Part shown: positions 46,755 through 59,305 of the stretch, one piece after another
Layout: each line of letters begins with the position of its first letter
Position numbering within the stretch: the stretch's first letter is position 1
DNA from: a virus
Taxonomy: Duplodnaviria; Caudoviricetes
IMG/VR virus record: IMGVR_UViG_3300046171_000271
Reading direction: 5' to 3' (one strand)
Length of the DNA stretch: 64,000 nt
The notes under the pieces: model-generated
Told to the model about the DNA's origin: nothing
Database searches by the model: none
The model's input: only the letters and a program-made list of their open reading frames with translations
Program-made: the position numbers and the translations under genes

Positions 46755-49391
46755 TTATTGACATCCCATCAAATTTAAAACTTCCACCAAATTTCCTCTA
46801 TAGTAAAGGAGTATCTGGAAGATTCAGTGTCGAATTTGATTCTGATTTTGATGCTGTAATATATTTCGCTGGCAAATCTCCTTCTCCTAAAGGTAAAACT
46901 CAAAAACCTTTGATGGATTGGTTGATGAGTCTTGGAATTACTTTTGATGATATTAGGGATCATCGCAATAAAATACTTGATGTGATAAGGCAACTAACAG
47001 ATGTTGCCATGGATTCAAATTATGTTACAGTACCTCCTATACCTCAAAGTTTTACTGTAGAAAATGAAGAAGAAAGTGAGTCTGAAAATAATGAAAATTT
47101 AGATGCTCTTCTTGCATCTATTAGATCAAAAAAGATGAGTCTGCCAGTGAGAGAGATTTGGATGCACTTCTTGCATCTGTCAGATCTGAGGAGACATCTA
47201 CTACAATTAATCCTGCTAAATTTTTCGATAATGATGAATATGACGATTACTACAAAGAATTAGTTGATGAAGGTTCTATTGACGATCAAAATCTTTCATC
47301 AAATGAAAGACAAAGAGGAATTGCTGCCTTTAGAAGTAATAAATTAGATTTCAAAAAATTTGTTACTGATATACAATCATTAAAACCTGAAGTTGAACAA
47401 CTTAATCAAGAACCTCTAACAATTAAAGAGCAGTTTTTTACTGCACCAAAGATTGAACCAGATAAGTTAATACCTTCTAAAGATAAAGAAGCACTTAAAA
47501 TTGAACCAGATAAGTTAATACCTTCTAAAAATTCAGAAATAAGTGAGGAATTTAACGAAAAACTTGATGAGCTCATTGCAGTTATCAAGGATGATAATAA
47601 GTTAGAAGAAGAAAGTCAAAAATTTGAAAATAGAGAAAAACAAAGAGAGAAAAGAAAAAATAGAGAAAATAGAATAGAAAATAAAAAACGAACGAAATTA
47701 TTTTCAATAGATCTGAAAAAAGGCACTGGAAAAGTCAGTAACTTTTTTGACGATTTGATGAACTTTTTAACATTTGCTGTATTAGGTGGTTTAGTATCTG
47801 GGTTATATAATTTTATTATGGATCCCGAAAATAATGAAAAGATTGAAGCAACCCAGAAATTTTTAAAAAATAATTGGCCTTTACTTTTAGGCGCTGCGGC
47901 ATATTTTTTAACACCTTTAGGCGGACTTGTTAATTTTTTAGTGAAAACTATTGGGAGTTTTGCTATAAGACTTGGTGCTTTGATTCTTAAACATCCTTTA
48001 TTAGCAGCTGCATTGGTTGGTGCAAGTGCCCTTGTCTTGGCAACAGCCGATGAGGCTGCTGGTGGTATTGTAAAAGAGATGGATGCAGAAGGAAGACTTC
48101 CAGGTGATCCAGGGTATGATGAACGCACTAAAGGAAAGATAACACTAGACAAATTGAAAGAAGTAAGGCCAGATTTAGTACAAGAAGCAGAAAAAGAGGG
48201 TACTACTAGCGAAGAGGAGATAGAAGCAGAAAAAACAATTATCGGAGATGGTTTAGCTGGATTTAGTCTTGGTGGTATGAATATGGGAACAGACACTGTT
48301 CCTGCTTTATTAACTCCAGGTGAAGTTGTTATGAACAAACCTGCTGTTGATGCAATTGGTGCAGAATCTCTCTTAGCACTTAATAGACAATTTGGCGGGC
48401 CTAATGCTAATCGCCCAAAATTTGGAAAAGTGCCAGGTTATGCTCTTGGTGGATATATTGGTGACAACCCTCCTAAATCCAGAGATCAATCTCTTTTAGC
48501 TTCTAATGTTAGTTTTGGTGGAAATGTTAATGTAAGTTATGGTGCTAATCCTGCACAAGCAACATATCAATCATTAAGAGATGCTATTAATAATGCAATT
48601 AGTAATCCAGGACAAGCACAGTCAGCATCTTCAGAGATGGGTGAAACGCGGACTACAATAAGTGGCAACTTAAATTTAAGTGGTACATTTGGTGGTGGAA
48701 ATGATGTACAGAGAGAAAAGAAAAAGAAGAAGAAAAAAGAAGAAGAAAGTCAGTATGATCCCGATAATCCTAAGCATAGACTTAAATCAGAGGTATTAAA
48801 AATAAGAGAAGAAAGACAAGCAGAACTTCGCAAAGAGAACAAATTCGAGACAAAAACTATGTTTGCAGTTCCTACTGGAACTGGTGGAAGATTTAACACT
48901 AGTCAAGCATCAGGATCCAATAAAGTGTCTCCATTTAAACCAGTAGGAACAAATATAACTGGCGGCACAAATTTTAGTAGACTGAAAATTATTGGAGATC
49001 CTACTGGCCCTGGATCAACTGGACGTGTAATTAGTGAAAAAAGATATGATAGACTCTTTGGATCCGGAGGAGTATATGCACCTGATGCTACCGGAACTAG
49101 AAAAACAGTGCCAAGTACTATTGGAAAACCATATGCGGGCAGTAAAATGGAGATGACAATACAAAATTTCGGTTTTCAAAGTTCTAGTAAAAATGCTCGT
49201 CCTGTAAATACTCCTAATATACCCACAGAAACAAGAAACTTCATGTTACCTCCAGTCGAAGTTTCAAGCAGTAAACCGAACATGGGTAGTAATCAAATGT
49301 AGATGTTCCATCATTTAATATTTCATCATCAAACACGATGAGAGATTTTGTTTCTCGTGGTATTGGTATTCATGATCTGGTAGGTGCATGA
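46751..49391 (+). CDS. large baseplate/tape-measure-like protein, indels near 47150 and 49295
   Basis: charged coiled-coil, hydrophobic Gly/Ala segment, TDTVPALLTPGEVVMN motif typical of tape-measure C-termini. Confidence 0.6.
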
Positions 49392-52113
49392 TGAAATTAA
49401 CTAATTTTAGTTCAGTTGTCAGTACATATAAAGAAAATTTTCTTTTAAGAAAGAAAAGGTTTTTTGATGAAAAAAAACAAATAGGGGATGAAAAGAGAAA
49501 AGAAAGAGAAGAAAATATAGAAACCGTTAAGGCAGTAGAACCTCTTATAAAAACCAGCACGGGTAAAAGAACTAAACCAAATAATTTTCTTGATGGCATA
49601 TACAGGTTTTTGGGTTTGCTTTAGCTGGATTAGTATTGAGTAATCTTGATAGTATAATTTCTATAGCATCTGAAATTTATAAAAAAATAAAAGAACTTAA
49701 AGAAGGAATTGAAAATTTTGTAACTAGTATTCAAGATACAATTGATTCATTTTATAGTGGTTTTGAATCCTTCAAACAAGACTTAGACGACTTATTATCT
49801 CCTATTACAAATGCAGATTTGTCTGTAATTGAACCATTTAAAGAGCAACTTGAAGCAGTTTTATTTGCTACATTAGGAGTTGTTGATAATCTTTTTAAAA
49901 AAATTCCGGATGGATCACCATCGCCCAAACCATCACCTTCAACGCCACAGCCACCAACACCACGTCCTATCTCAAGATTTAGAGCTCCTGGACAATCTCT
50001 TGCTGGGGGTACATTTCAAGAAAATTTAAACAGACAACAACTAACAAGACAAAGAATGCTGTCGCCAAGAGGCCAGACAGGCCCTCTTGGTAGACTTAAC
50101 ATGATGAGAAGAGGATTTGGAGCTCGTCTTGAAACTGGAACTGCATTTAGGGGGGTGGGAAGTGGTGCTCAAAGGGGTGCTGTAAGGACATTTAGACAAA
50201 TAAAAAATCTTAAAAATATTGGTAGAATTGGTGGACGTGGACTTGGAGGAAGAATTCCTATTATTGGCCCTCTTCTTTTAGGTTATGATGCTTATATGGA
50301 GGATTTAGATGGTGATGGAAATCCAGATAGAAATATTGATAAGTCATTATTTGTTGCAGGTGGAGCTGCTATCGGAGGTTTTTTAGGAACATTCATTCCA
50401 ATTCCAGTACTGGGTTCAATTTTAGGAACATCAATTGGTGGATACGTTGGAGATTTATTTTATACCTTACTTAAAGGTGGTGGAGCAAAAGAAGTAGGAC
50501 GAAAACTAAAACAAGATGTTTTAAAAATTATTGATGCTGGAAATTTAGTTAAAGATTGGATATTAAGAGGTATTGGTAATATACAAAATCAAGACGGTGG
50601 AATACTTGGCAATATTCCAATTGGTATACCATTTACTAATATGAAGTTTAAACTTGGTGGATGGGCAGAAATATTAAATCCACTTGGTGATCCTTTTAAA
50701 AAATTATCTATTCTTAAAAAATCATTCTTCTCAGGACAGAATGTAGGAGATTCAACAGTCACAGCATTTATAGGAGATGATTCTTCCGATGATGATTCTC
50801 CTGATGATGATTTTCCTGATGGTGGAAGAAATATAGGATCTCAAAATATAATTCCAAACAGCGCCGAGGAGATAAGAATTGCTGCAGCTTTATATACTGA
50901 AGGAGGTAGGGGAAAATCAGCCACAGACGTTTTACAAGTAGTAGCAAATAGAAAAGCAAGTGGGTACAAGGGTTATAAAGGAGACAATTCTTTTACTGGT
51001 TTATTGGCAGCGGATAATCAGTTTCAAGGTGTATATGACAGAGGACAAGATGCGTTTGTAAAAATACAAACCCTTGCTGATGCTGCAAGATGGGCTGGGA
51101 CTACAGAGCAAGTAATTAAGGGTTATATTGCTGATATGCGAGATCGAGGTTATAGATCAGATTCTGCAAGATTTGTTAAGGGAGCAGTCGAATTTAGAGG
51201 ATCTCCCGCAACTGTTTTAAAAGTGAATAGTGACAATAATCCAAATAATAATATACCTGCAGATGCAAAAGGAAGAATACGAAACAGTGCATGGCGTGGT
51301 GGATCTGGTGATAATCAATTCTTTACAACGCCTGATGATCAGGGGGCTGGAACTAAGGCTTCTCCTATACTTTATAAGGGGGTTACTACTACTCTTAATA
51401 GGAAAAATGAAAATAATACAAAAACAACTTATGCTATTCTTTGCTATGGAACAAATGATTTTAGCTTGAGTGAATCTGAGATTAAGAAGAGAGCCACTAG
51501 AATGATTAGGGACTTGAAGTCAAAGGGGTATAATGTTGTCGTTGTTCCACCAAGTCCTCAACTTTATATTAGCAGAACTAAACAATCATACAAAGCACCA
51601 TATAGAGGTGTTCTTTCTGCAGCTGCTGAGACAGGAGTTGATATAGAATTTGGAGTATATGCACCAACAGATCAACTGGGAAAATATGTACACCTTACAC
51701 AGCGTGAAGCCGATAGAATCCGTAAAGATTATCAACCAGCAATTTATGTTGGTGATAGCAATGCGGTGAAAATTGCAGGTAAACTTAAAGAAGCAAAAGC
51801 GCAAATAAAGGGTAAATCCATCACCACATCTGTGGATGGTTATGGCGGAGATAAAATCCAAGCATTGATTAATAACATAATTTCATCATCACCAACTATA
51901 ACACCAACCAGACTAACAGTACCATTAGAAGAAATATCAAGAAATTTAGACAGTCCTGAGGGAAGAGAATATTTTAGACGTTTAGATGCAGGAGAACTTA
52001 CGGGCACTCTTGTTAGTAGTGCGGGATTAAATCAACCTACTACATATTCTATGAACGGTATACAAACTAGAGAAATAATTAACAATATCATATTACCTAT
52101 AAGCGTTGCCTAA
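49388..52113 (+). CDS. large tail/baseplate protein with cell-wall-hydrolase-like and SGNH-like domains, indel near 49615
   Basis: Gly-zipper region; AAALYTEGG..VLQVVANR..NQFQG (SleB-like); GTND, YVH, GDS motifs. Confidence 0.6.
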
Positions 52114-52114
52114 G

Positions 52115-53410
52115 ATGAAAGGAAACAAACCTGTAAATTATAGAAAATTAGAAGTATTTTCTAATGAAAATGATGACTCTGTAGATATCAGAGGTGGTGT
52201 TCCTGTGCTTGAATATCGTGAGAGTGTCCTCAGTCCTTATATTACAATTGATTTAAGTATCATTGATGCTGGAACAGCATCACCAGCAAAAGATGGTTCT
52301 AGAGGAACCATAGGAATCTTAGAATCAATCAAACTTCAAGGGACAGAAAAATTTAAATTAAAGTTAGAGGATCAGTTTGGTAATCAAATTGATCTCTCCG
52401 GAGAAGATGATCTACGACTCGCTAAGACAATGTTTGCCGGTAAGGGAGTTAATCAATCATCCTGCTCTGTAAGAATTGTGTCAAAAGAAGCTTATGACAA
52501 CACTCTCTTAAAAAATAGAATGATAAATTCTTATCTCGGAAAAGGTGATGTTATCATAAGAGAAGCACTTAAGTCACTAAAGACTGAAAAAGATTTATTT
52601 GCAGATACAACACAGAATGACATACAATTTAATGGTGATGATAGATATCCTTTTGAGATGTGTTTGGATGTTCAAAAAGTATCAATTCCTGTAGGAATAA
52701 AGAGTGCTGGGTTTTTATTTTGGGAAACATCAAAGGGATATAACTTTAAATCTCTTGATAAGATGTTTGATACGACTGGAAAGACTATCAAAAAATTTGA
52801 AGAGACAGGATTTGCAGATAGTCGTGTTAGTCCTGGTTATGATGGAAAAATTCTTAAATCAAGTTTTCTTCTTATCACTGATATGCTCAAACAGTTTGAA
52901 GAAGGAGCACATAACACTGAATTAGATCTTTTCAATCCTTTCAATAAAACGTTAGTATTTCAAACTCTTGAAACATCAGAAGATGATTATGAAAAAAATA
53001 CCATACAAGCTGGGGTTGATACTCCAGTATTAAGTGATGAATATAGAAATGAAGCAACTAATAGTTTACATAGAACAAAAGATGTTGGACAGAAGATTAA
53101 TCCAGGAGGAGGATTAGCAGATATTGATGACACAAAATTCGATATTGTCAAGACTTCCGCACAATCATTGCAGAATTATAGGCGAAAATTTGGTTTATCC
53201 CTTAATATAGTAATTGATGCAGATCTTTCATTGAGTGCTGGTGATCTTATCTTCTGCAAATTCCCTGAAACTTCTCAAAAGAAGAGTCAGTCTGGAAGTC
53301 CAAAAGATAGTGGCATATATATGATAGCGGATTTGTGTCATTATAGTACGCCAACACAGGCGTTTACTGGATTAAATTTAGTACGAGATTCTTACGGAGT
53401 TAAAAGTTAA
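52115..53410 (+). CDS. baseplate hub protein (gp27/late-D-like)
   Basis: YRESVLSP, FLFWETSKGYNFKSLD, LSAGD, SGIYMIADLCH, LVRDSYG. Confidence 0.7.
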   Translation: MKGNKPVNYRKLEVFSNENDDSVDIRGGVPVLEYRESVLSPYITIDLSIIDAGTASPAKDGSRGTIGILESIKLQGTEKFKLKLEDQFGNQIDLSGEDDLRLAKTMFAGKGVNQSSCSVRIVSKEAYDNTLLKNRMINSYLGKGDVIIREALKSLKTEKDLFADTTQNDIQFNGDDRYPFEMCLDVQKVSIPVGIKSAGFLFWETSKGYNFKSLDKMFDTTGKTIKKFEETGFADSRVSPGYDGKILKSSFLLITDMLKQFEEGAHNTELDLFNPFNKTLVFQTLETSEDDYEKNTIQAGVDTPVLSDEYRNEATNSLHRTKDVGQKINPGGGLADIDDTKFDIVKTSAQSLQNYRRKFGLSLNIVIDADLSLSAGDLIFCKFPETSQKKSQSGSPKDSGIYMIADLCHYSTPTQAFTGLNLVRDSYGVKS

Positions 53411-53637
53411 TGGAAAGCGTCGAAAAGCACATCCAAAAAGACAAAGAGATCCTTCAAGATCCTACAACGTCTCCACAACAGCGCCGCCACATCGAAGGAG
53501 AACTACATGAGCTTGAAGTTTATGTAGAGAACCACAAAGAAGAAATTGAAGCAGGGGATCATCATGATCCAACTGCATTAGAACTTTTTTGCGAAGTTGA
53601 ACCAGACGCTGATGAGTGCAGAATTTACGAAGATTGA
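53410..53637 (+). CDS. cp12: Calvin-cycle inhibitor CP12
   Basis: C-terminal DPTALELFCEVEPDADECRIYED. Confidence 0.9.
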   Translation: MESVEKHIQKDKEILQDPTTSPQQRRHIEGELHELEVYVENHKEEIEAGDHHDPTALELFCEVEPDADECRIYED

Positions 53638-53642
53638 TATAA

Positions 53643-56600
53643 ATGTCAGGACTTTCGGATAAGTACAACTACAAATTAACCTCTGAATACCTCTGGCAAC
53701 TAACTCATATGCCTGCGGTGATTGTTGGTGTCGAAGCACAAGACACAACACAATTCTCTGAAAAGTATGGAGATACCCCACCTGATGTAGTTGCTCAGCG
53801 TTATAGGATCAGACTTTTAGGTATTGATCCTCCCGACAAACCCGAAAATTTACTGCCGCTTGCATATCCTCTTCAACTTACGAGTGGATTGGGTGCTCAA
53901 GATTCCGGGATCATTAGATATACGCCCAATACATATGTCTATGTTTCAAAAGATCCAAACAGTGAGGCATATTATATTGAAAGAGTCATTCCTAATGCTA
54001 TTGCCAAACTTTTTAAATCTGACTCAGCTGACTTATCAGGAACAGGAATACTCCCTTATAGTGGTTTTATTCCTGGGGTAACTGTCGTTCCTGATCCATT
54101 TATTAATGATTTAAAAACAGATTTAAATTCTGCTGAACTTTTTAATACTCAACTACCGTCTCTTGCGGATGTAAATCACGATTATAAAACAAAACTTCCA
54201 AAAATTAAGAGTGCTTGTGATACTGTAAATGTAGATGGTGTCAATGATGCCATCGAGGGCATGATTAAAGATGTTGAATCTCTGAGGACTGGAATTATCG
54301 GTGATGATAGTTTCCTTGCTACTACTCAGAATTTTTTATCAGATGCACAAAATTTCGTTAGTAATACTATACCAAACACATCATTAGGTGTAGGAATTGG
54401 AGAAGATAGTTTTGACATAAGTATTGGAAATGCTGCGGGTGATATCGCAAGAATAATGGCAGCATTAGTTCAAAAAGTTAGAAAATGGATACTTAGAAAA
54501 ATAACAACTGTTGCGAATGTAGTTATAGGTAAAGTTCCATTATCCGCAAGATATCTTGCAAATGAAGTGGGGGACAAAGCACTAACCGCCGCATCTTGTG
54601 CGATTGCAAAAGTTCTAGCAAATCTTGAGGAAACAATTGCTAATATTCTCAAGACTATTGTTAATAAAATTTTAAATGCTGCTGAATGTTTAGTTGAGAA
54701 TGTTATTGGTGGTATTATAGGAAATATTCTTGGAAATATTACTGGGGTTATCAATAGTATATTAAGTAAACTTAGTAGTGTACTCGGTGGACTTGGAGCT
54801 TCTGTAGGGGCAATTATTGATCTAGCAGGAGATATGCTTGATTTTGTGATTAGTATTCTAGATATATTCACTTGTAAAGCAGAAAATCTCTGTCCCGATT
54901 CTAGCACCTGGGATTTTCTTCAAGGTTCAAAACCAAAAAAGAATGAAACTCTAGACTTTGATAGAATATTTGAAAAAGCAAAAGGTGTGACTGCCACCGT
55001 GGCAGACACAGTAGGTAATGTAAGTACTGAGGTTTTACAATCTTTTGATGAAGTTACACGAGAGGGATTTAAAGAAGTTATATTTACAAAAGACGATGGA
55101 ACTGAATTTAATCCACTTGATGAAATAGATTCTGGAATAATTTGGCAAAATATAATTGATGGCGGGTGTAATACAGATGCTGTTAGTTGTGGCCCTCCCT
55201 AATGTTGTATTTTTTGGTGGTGATGGTGACGGAGCAACAGGAAATCCCGTCGTTAATTTAGCAGGAGAACTAATTGGTGTTGATATTATAACTCCTGGAC
55301 AGTATGTTAAACCTCCCTTAGTTTCATTTGAGGATGATTGTGGAAATGGTAAAGGTGCGATTGGTAAGGCAATATTAGGGAGAGTTAAAAATAAAATCGT
55401 TTATGAATGGAAAGAGAGAGTTATCAATGCTGAAGAAGGATCGTTTGCTAATTTTACTATAGTTAGATCTGGACGCACTGATGTTAAATCTAGAGTTAAA
55501 GTCAAAACTCTTAGAAGTAAGGGAAGTGCCATTGCTAAGAAAGATTTTAAATTTTTAAAAGAAAAACTTACATTTAAACCTGGAGAAACAGAAATAAATT
55601 TCAGGGTTAAAGTGAGAGCAAAAGGTAAAGGTGGTGAAGGATTCCAAAACACTGAAGAAGAAGGAAAAGAAAAATTCTATGTTAGTATTACAGCACTTAA
55701 ATTAAAAAAAGAAAAGAATAAAAATATTAAATTAAAAATTAAAAAGAAAAACAAATATGCAAAATGTATAATTACTGACTCTTTTGATGATGAAGATTTA
55801 AGGGAGGATGACATCATCGATGATGATGATGATCTGGATGATGAGGAGGTTGATGATAATATTGATGATCCTGATGATGATAAGGATGATGATATTATAG
55901 GAGTAACAGATGTCGTCATGGATGATTCTGGATATAACTATTTGCAAAATCCGACAGGAGAAAAAGGTGGTGGCGGAAGAGTTTGGGCTAATAGATGTCA
56001 AACTACAGTTCAGAGAGCCAATTTTAATTGGGATACACCTTATAATAAAGATGATGAAATAACAGCATATTATGGAGATACTATTACTTTACCCGGTAAA
56101 AAACCTGTTTTAATAGATCAAAACTTTACTGCTGATATGATTCCAGGTTGTATTGTTAAAGGTACAAATCCTAAAATCAAAGACATGACTAAATTTGATT
56201 ATAAGGTTGGAAAAGTTTATGAAGAGGGTAAATCATATAAATTTGGAGCGGCTTCAGATTATAAACTTGCCAAGGAACAAGGATTTTCTGATCAAGACAT
56301 TAGATTTTACTTAGAAAATAAATTCTTCATTAGAATTGGTGGAGTGATGAGAGAAAAATTATTAGATCCCAATTTTGGTAAAATTCCTGAATTTAGCGTT
56401 ACAGTAACTGCACCAGGATGTCCTCCCGGAACGCCTGAGGATCCAAATGAACGTCCATCACCACCAACACTACCATCATCACTACCAACAGCAAGTCTTA
56501 TAGCAACAGCATCTGCTGGAGGATCTTATACGTTGAGATGGAGTTCTACTGGTGGATCAACCTATACTTTGACTGGCGAACCTAATCCAGGAGCTTCTGG

Positions 56601-57627
56601 TAGTAAGATTGTTTCTCCAAAATCATCAACATCTTATACTTATACTGTTACAGACGCATCTGGTAAATCTACATCTGCTAATGCAACAGTTGTAGTTCCA
56701 GAGGCTTCCGTAGCACCACCACCATCAGCAAGTCTTATAGCAACAGCATCTGCTGGAGGATCTCATACGTTGACATGGACTTCTACTGGTGGATCAACTT
56801 ATACGTTAACAGGTGAACCTAATCCAGGATCTTCTGGTAATAAAAAAGTTTCTCCAAAATCATCAACATCTTATACTTATACTGTTAAAGGGCCTGGTGG
56901 AACTACATCTGTATCTGCAACAGTCATAGTTACAGAGACAACTAAATCACCAACACCACCGACAGCACCAACCGCGCCACCAACCGCGCCAACAGCAAGT
57001 CTTACAGCAACGAAAATTTCTGGAGGATCATCCACCTTGACATGGAGTTCAACTGGCGGATCAAAGTATACTTTAACTGGTGAACCTGATCCCGGATCTA
57101 CTGGTAGTAAGAGTGTTTCTCCAACATCAACAACAACTTATACTTATGTTGTAGAAGATGCATCTGGTAATACTGCATCTGCTAGTGCAATAGTTGTAGT
57201 TTCAGCGGCTGCTACACCATCAGCACCGCCGCCACCACCGACACCACCGACACCACCAACTCCAGATGACGATGATGATGGTGATAGCGGTAGTAATAAA
57301 GAAGTCGTCGCAATATTAGATAATAAAGTTTTTATTGAAAATGGAGGATTTAAATATTGCGAAGACGATGAATTAATTATTGGTGATGGAAATAATGGAT
57401 CTGGTAGATTGATTGTCGATAGAAGAGGTACAATCAGAGGAGTTGTAATTACTAATCCTGGTATTGGTTTTACAAGCATTCCAGAAATGAGAATAAATAC
57501 GAAGTGTGGTGGATTTAATGCTAATTTGAAACCAATATTGAAATTTATTAATGTTAATGATTCTGGATTTGTTGTTCCACCAGGAACTCCAACTATAAAA
57601 GTTATCGATTGTGTAGGTAAGGTATAA
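53643..57627 (+). CDS. gp5-like baseplate hub/spike protein with inserted Calx-beta-like and Ig-like modules, frameshift near 55200
   Basis: N-terminal RYRIRLLG OB-fold pattern; CGPP joins NVVFFGG after one extra C; repeats and charged linkers. Confidence 0.6.
56488..57205 (+). repeat. three tandem approximately 70-aa Ig-like repeats with Pro/Thr linkers
   Basis: units start 56488, 56725 and 56992: ASL(I/T)AT...GGS.TL.WSSTGGS.YTLTGEP.PG.SG.K.VSP.S.T.YTY.V. Confidence 0.9.
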
Positions 57628-58237
57628 TGGGTGCAGCAAAGTGTCCTGATTTTAAAAGTATCGGTAATACCGTTGGCGAAGTTGCATTTGAACAGGTAGA
57701 TAGTCAAAATAATAAACAAGCGGTGATGATACGCCGTATTTTTCCCAATCCTGGATTTAGAAGAAGTCAATATATTGGACTTCAAATGAGTGGAGCACTC
57801 AATGGATCTATTAACGTATCAGCACCAGCATGTTACAATGTTCGTTGTGGAGAAAAACCAGTAGATGGCATCGCTGGCGTAACATACGCTGAAAACGGTG
57901 ATTTAATTTTATATGCCCCTAGAGGAAGAATAAGAATCGTAGCGCAAGATATTGATCTTATTGCAGAAGGTAATGGTGACACTACTGGGTTCATAAACAT
58001 TCATTCAAATGCTGCCATTGATATGGACACTGCTGAAATGAGTGTGCAGGCAGATGATTCTGTTGGTATTGCTGCAGAAAGAAGTGTAAATATTAATTGT
58101 ATGCAAAAAGTAAAGTGAGTGCAGCAAACTTTAAAGTAGTTGAAACTGCTGATGTTGCTTCATTGCTAGGCACTGGATCCAATACTGTTTTCCAGACAAT
58201 TGAAGGAGTTAAAAAACTTATAAGGAGTTTAGTATAA
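57627..58237 (+). CDS. gp5 C-terminal/spike-like beta-helix protein, indel near 58110
   Basis: AENGDLILYAPRGRIRIVAQDIDL and repeated beta pattern. Confidence 0.55.
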
Positions 58238-58238
58238 C

Positions 58239-59264
58239 ATGGAAGTAGGAGATATTCATGTAGGAAAACAACTATCTTGTGTTTTCACACCCCAAGGATT
58301 AAATCCAACTACAGCAATTAATCCATTTGGTTTTGGAGAAAAAGCTGTTTGCGGAACAGGACATTTTAATGGTGGTGTGTTAGTTGGAAGTGGTAAATAT
58401 TTCCCAGTGCCTCACCCAACGGCATCATTGATGGTAACTCGTCCATCTCTTGATGAAAATCCATTAGCTATTGCTCCATCAATTGTCCATATTAGAGGTG
58501 CTTTACCCATACCACCAACACCAATTGATGTAATTGTTGGTGATGAAGCATTTGGGCCTGTTGGTGTTAAGATGTTTTGCTCAACTTTAAATATAGTTAC
58601 CGCATCTCTTACAGTTGAAATAGCACCTCTTAAGAAAAAGACTATCGCCCTAGAAAAGGCAACAGGTGCTGAAGTAACAACAGGTGCTCAAGTTGAAACT
58701 GGTGTTCAAGCACAAGCAGGTGCAGAAGTAAGAGCATCTGCTAAGTCAATTATGGGCCCTACAGCTTTTAGTGGAAACGTTACTGCTCCTGTTTTTATAG
58801 GAGCTCTTAATGGTGTTGCAACTGGAAATAAAACCATAGGTGCTTTTGATATTCCTCATTGGACGAAGAAAAATACCAGAATACGTCACATCATTGCTGA
58901 AGGCCCTGAACCTGGAATATATGTTCGTGGAAAAGTAAAAGGCAATGTTATTGAACTCCCAGAATACTGGGAAGGACTTGTTGATCCAGATACAATCACA
59001 GTTACTTTAACTGCTTTTGGCAGGGCTCAGAATTTATATGTTAAAGAAATTGAAGATGGTAAGAGAGTGATTATTGCAAATGAAGATCTCTCTACGCCAA
59101 ATTGTCATTATGAAGTGTGGGTAGCAAGGTGGATTGATCCACGAGATCATGATAAAATATTACATGTAACTTATGAAGGAGAAACACCTGCAGATTATCC
59201 CGGCGATCCTAAAGATTTCTTAGTAGGTGGTTGGGATTATGATCGAAGAGAAACAGAGTGGTAA
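58239..59264 (+). CDS. tail spike-associated protein with C-terminal chaperone-like domain
   Basis: EATGAEVTTGAQVETG repeat; FDIPH..RHIIAEGPE..YVRG..IELPEYW..DTITVTLT. Confidence 0.55.
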   Translation: MEVGDIHVGKQLSCVFTPQGLNPTTAINPFGFGEKAVCGTGHFNGGVLVGSGKYFPVPHPTASLMVTRPSLDENPLAIAPSIVHIRGALPIPPTPIDVIVGDEAFGPVGVKMFCSTLNIVTASLTVEIAPLKKKTIALEKATGAEVTTGAQVETGVQAQAGAEVRASAKSIMGPTAFSGNVTAPVFIGALNGVATGNKTIGAFDIPHWTKKNTRIRHIIAEGPEPGIYVRGKVKGNVIELPEYWEGLVDPDTITVTLTAFGRAQNLYVKEIEDGKRVIIANEDLSTPNCHYEVWVARWIDPRDHDKILHVTYEGETPADYPGDPKDFLVGGWDYDRRETEW

Positions 59265-59305
59265 TGAATCAAATGATAATCATTTTTTTAATGGGAGAAT
59301 AAACT

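Noticed and set aside
30700-47200. Many split genes (psbD, speD, thyX, phoH, exonuclease, gp32, gp4, gp54-like, gp26) suggesting pseudogenes or programmed frameshifting
   Set aside because: The breaks are single-base gains and losses, mostly at homopolymers and in both directions. They hit essential genes, cluster by region and leave the protein otherwise conserved, which is the signature of sequencing/assembly error. Read pile-ups would settle it.
42951-48338. Long opposite-strand ORFs (42951..43457, 47616..48338 and similar) in the ORF track
   Set aside because: They are antisense shadows of structural genes with low-complexity Ser/Ile/Phe composition.
20492-53637. The petE/PTOX/gnd/zwf/talC/cp12/psbA/psbD/hli set as a novel system
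   Set aside because: This is the well-described cyanophage auxiliary metabolic gene set; it is listed under features only.
56488-57205. Near-identical repeats as a diversity-generating retroelement or CRISPR array
   Set aside because: The repeats are in-frame protein domains, the differences are not confined to adenines, and there is no reverse transcriptase, cas gene or spacer structure in the window.
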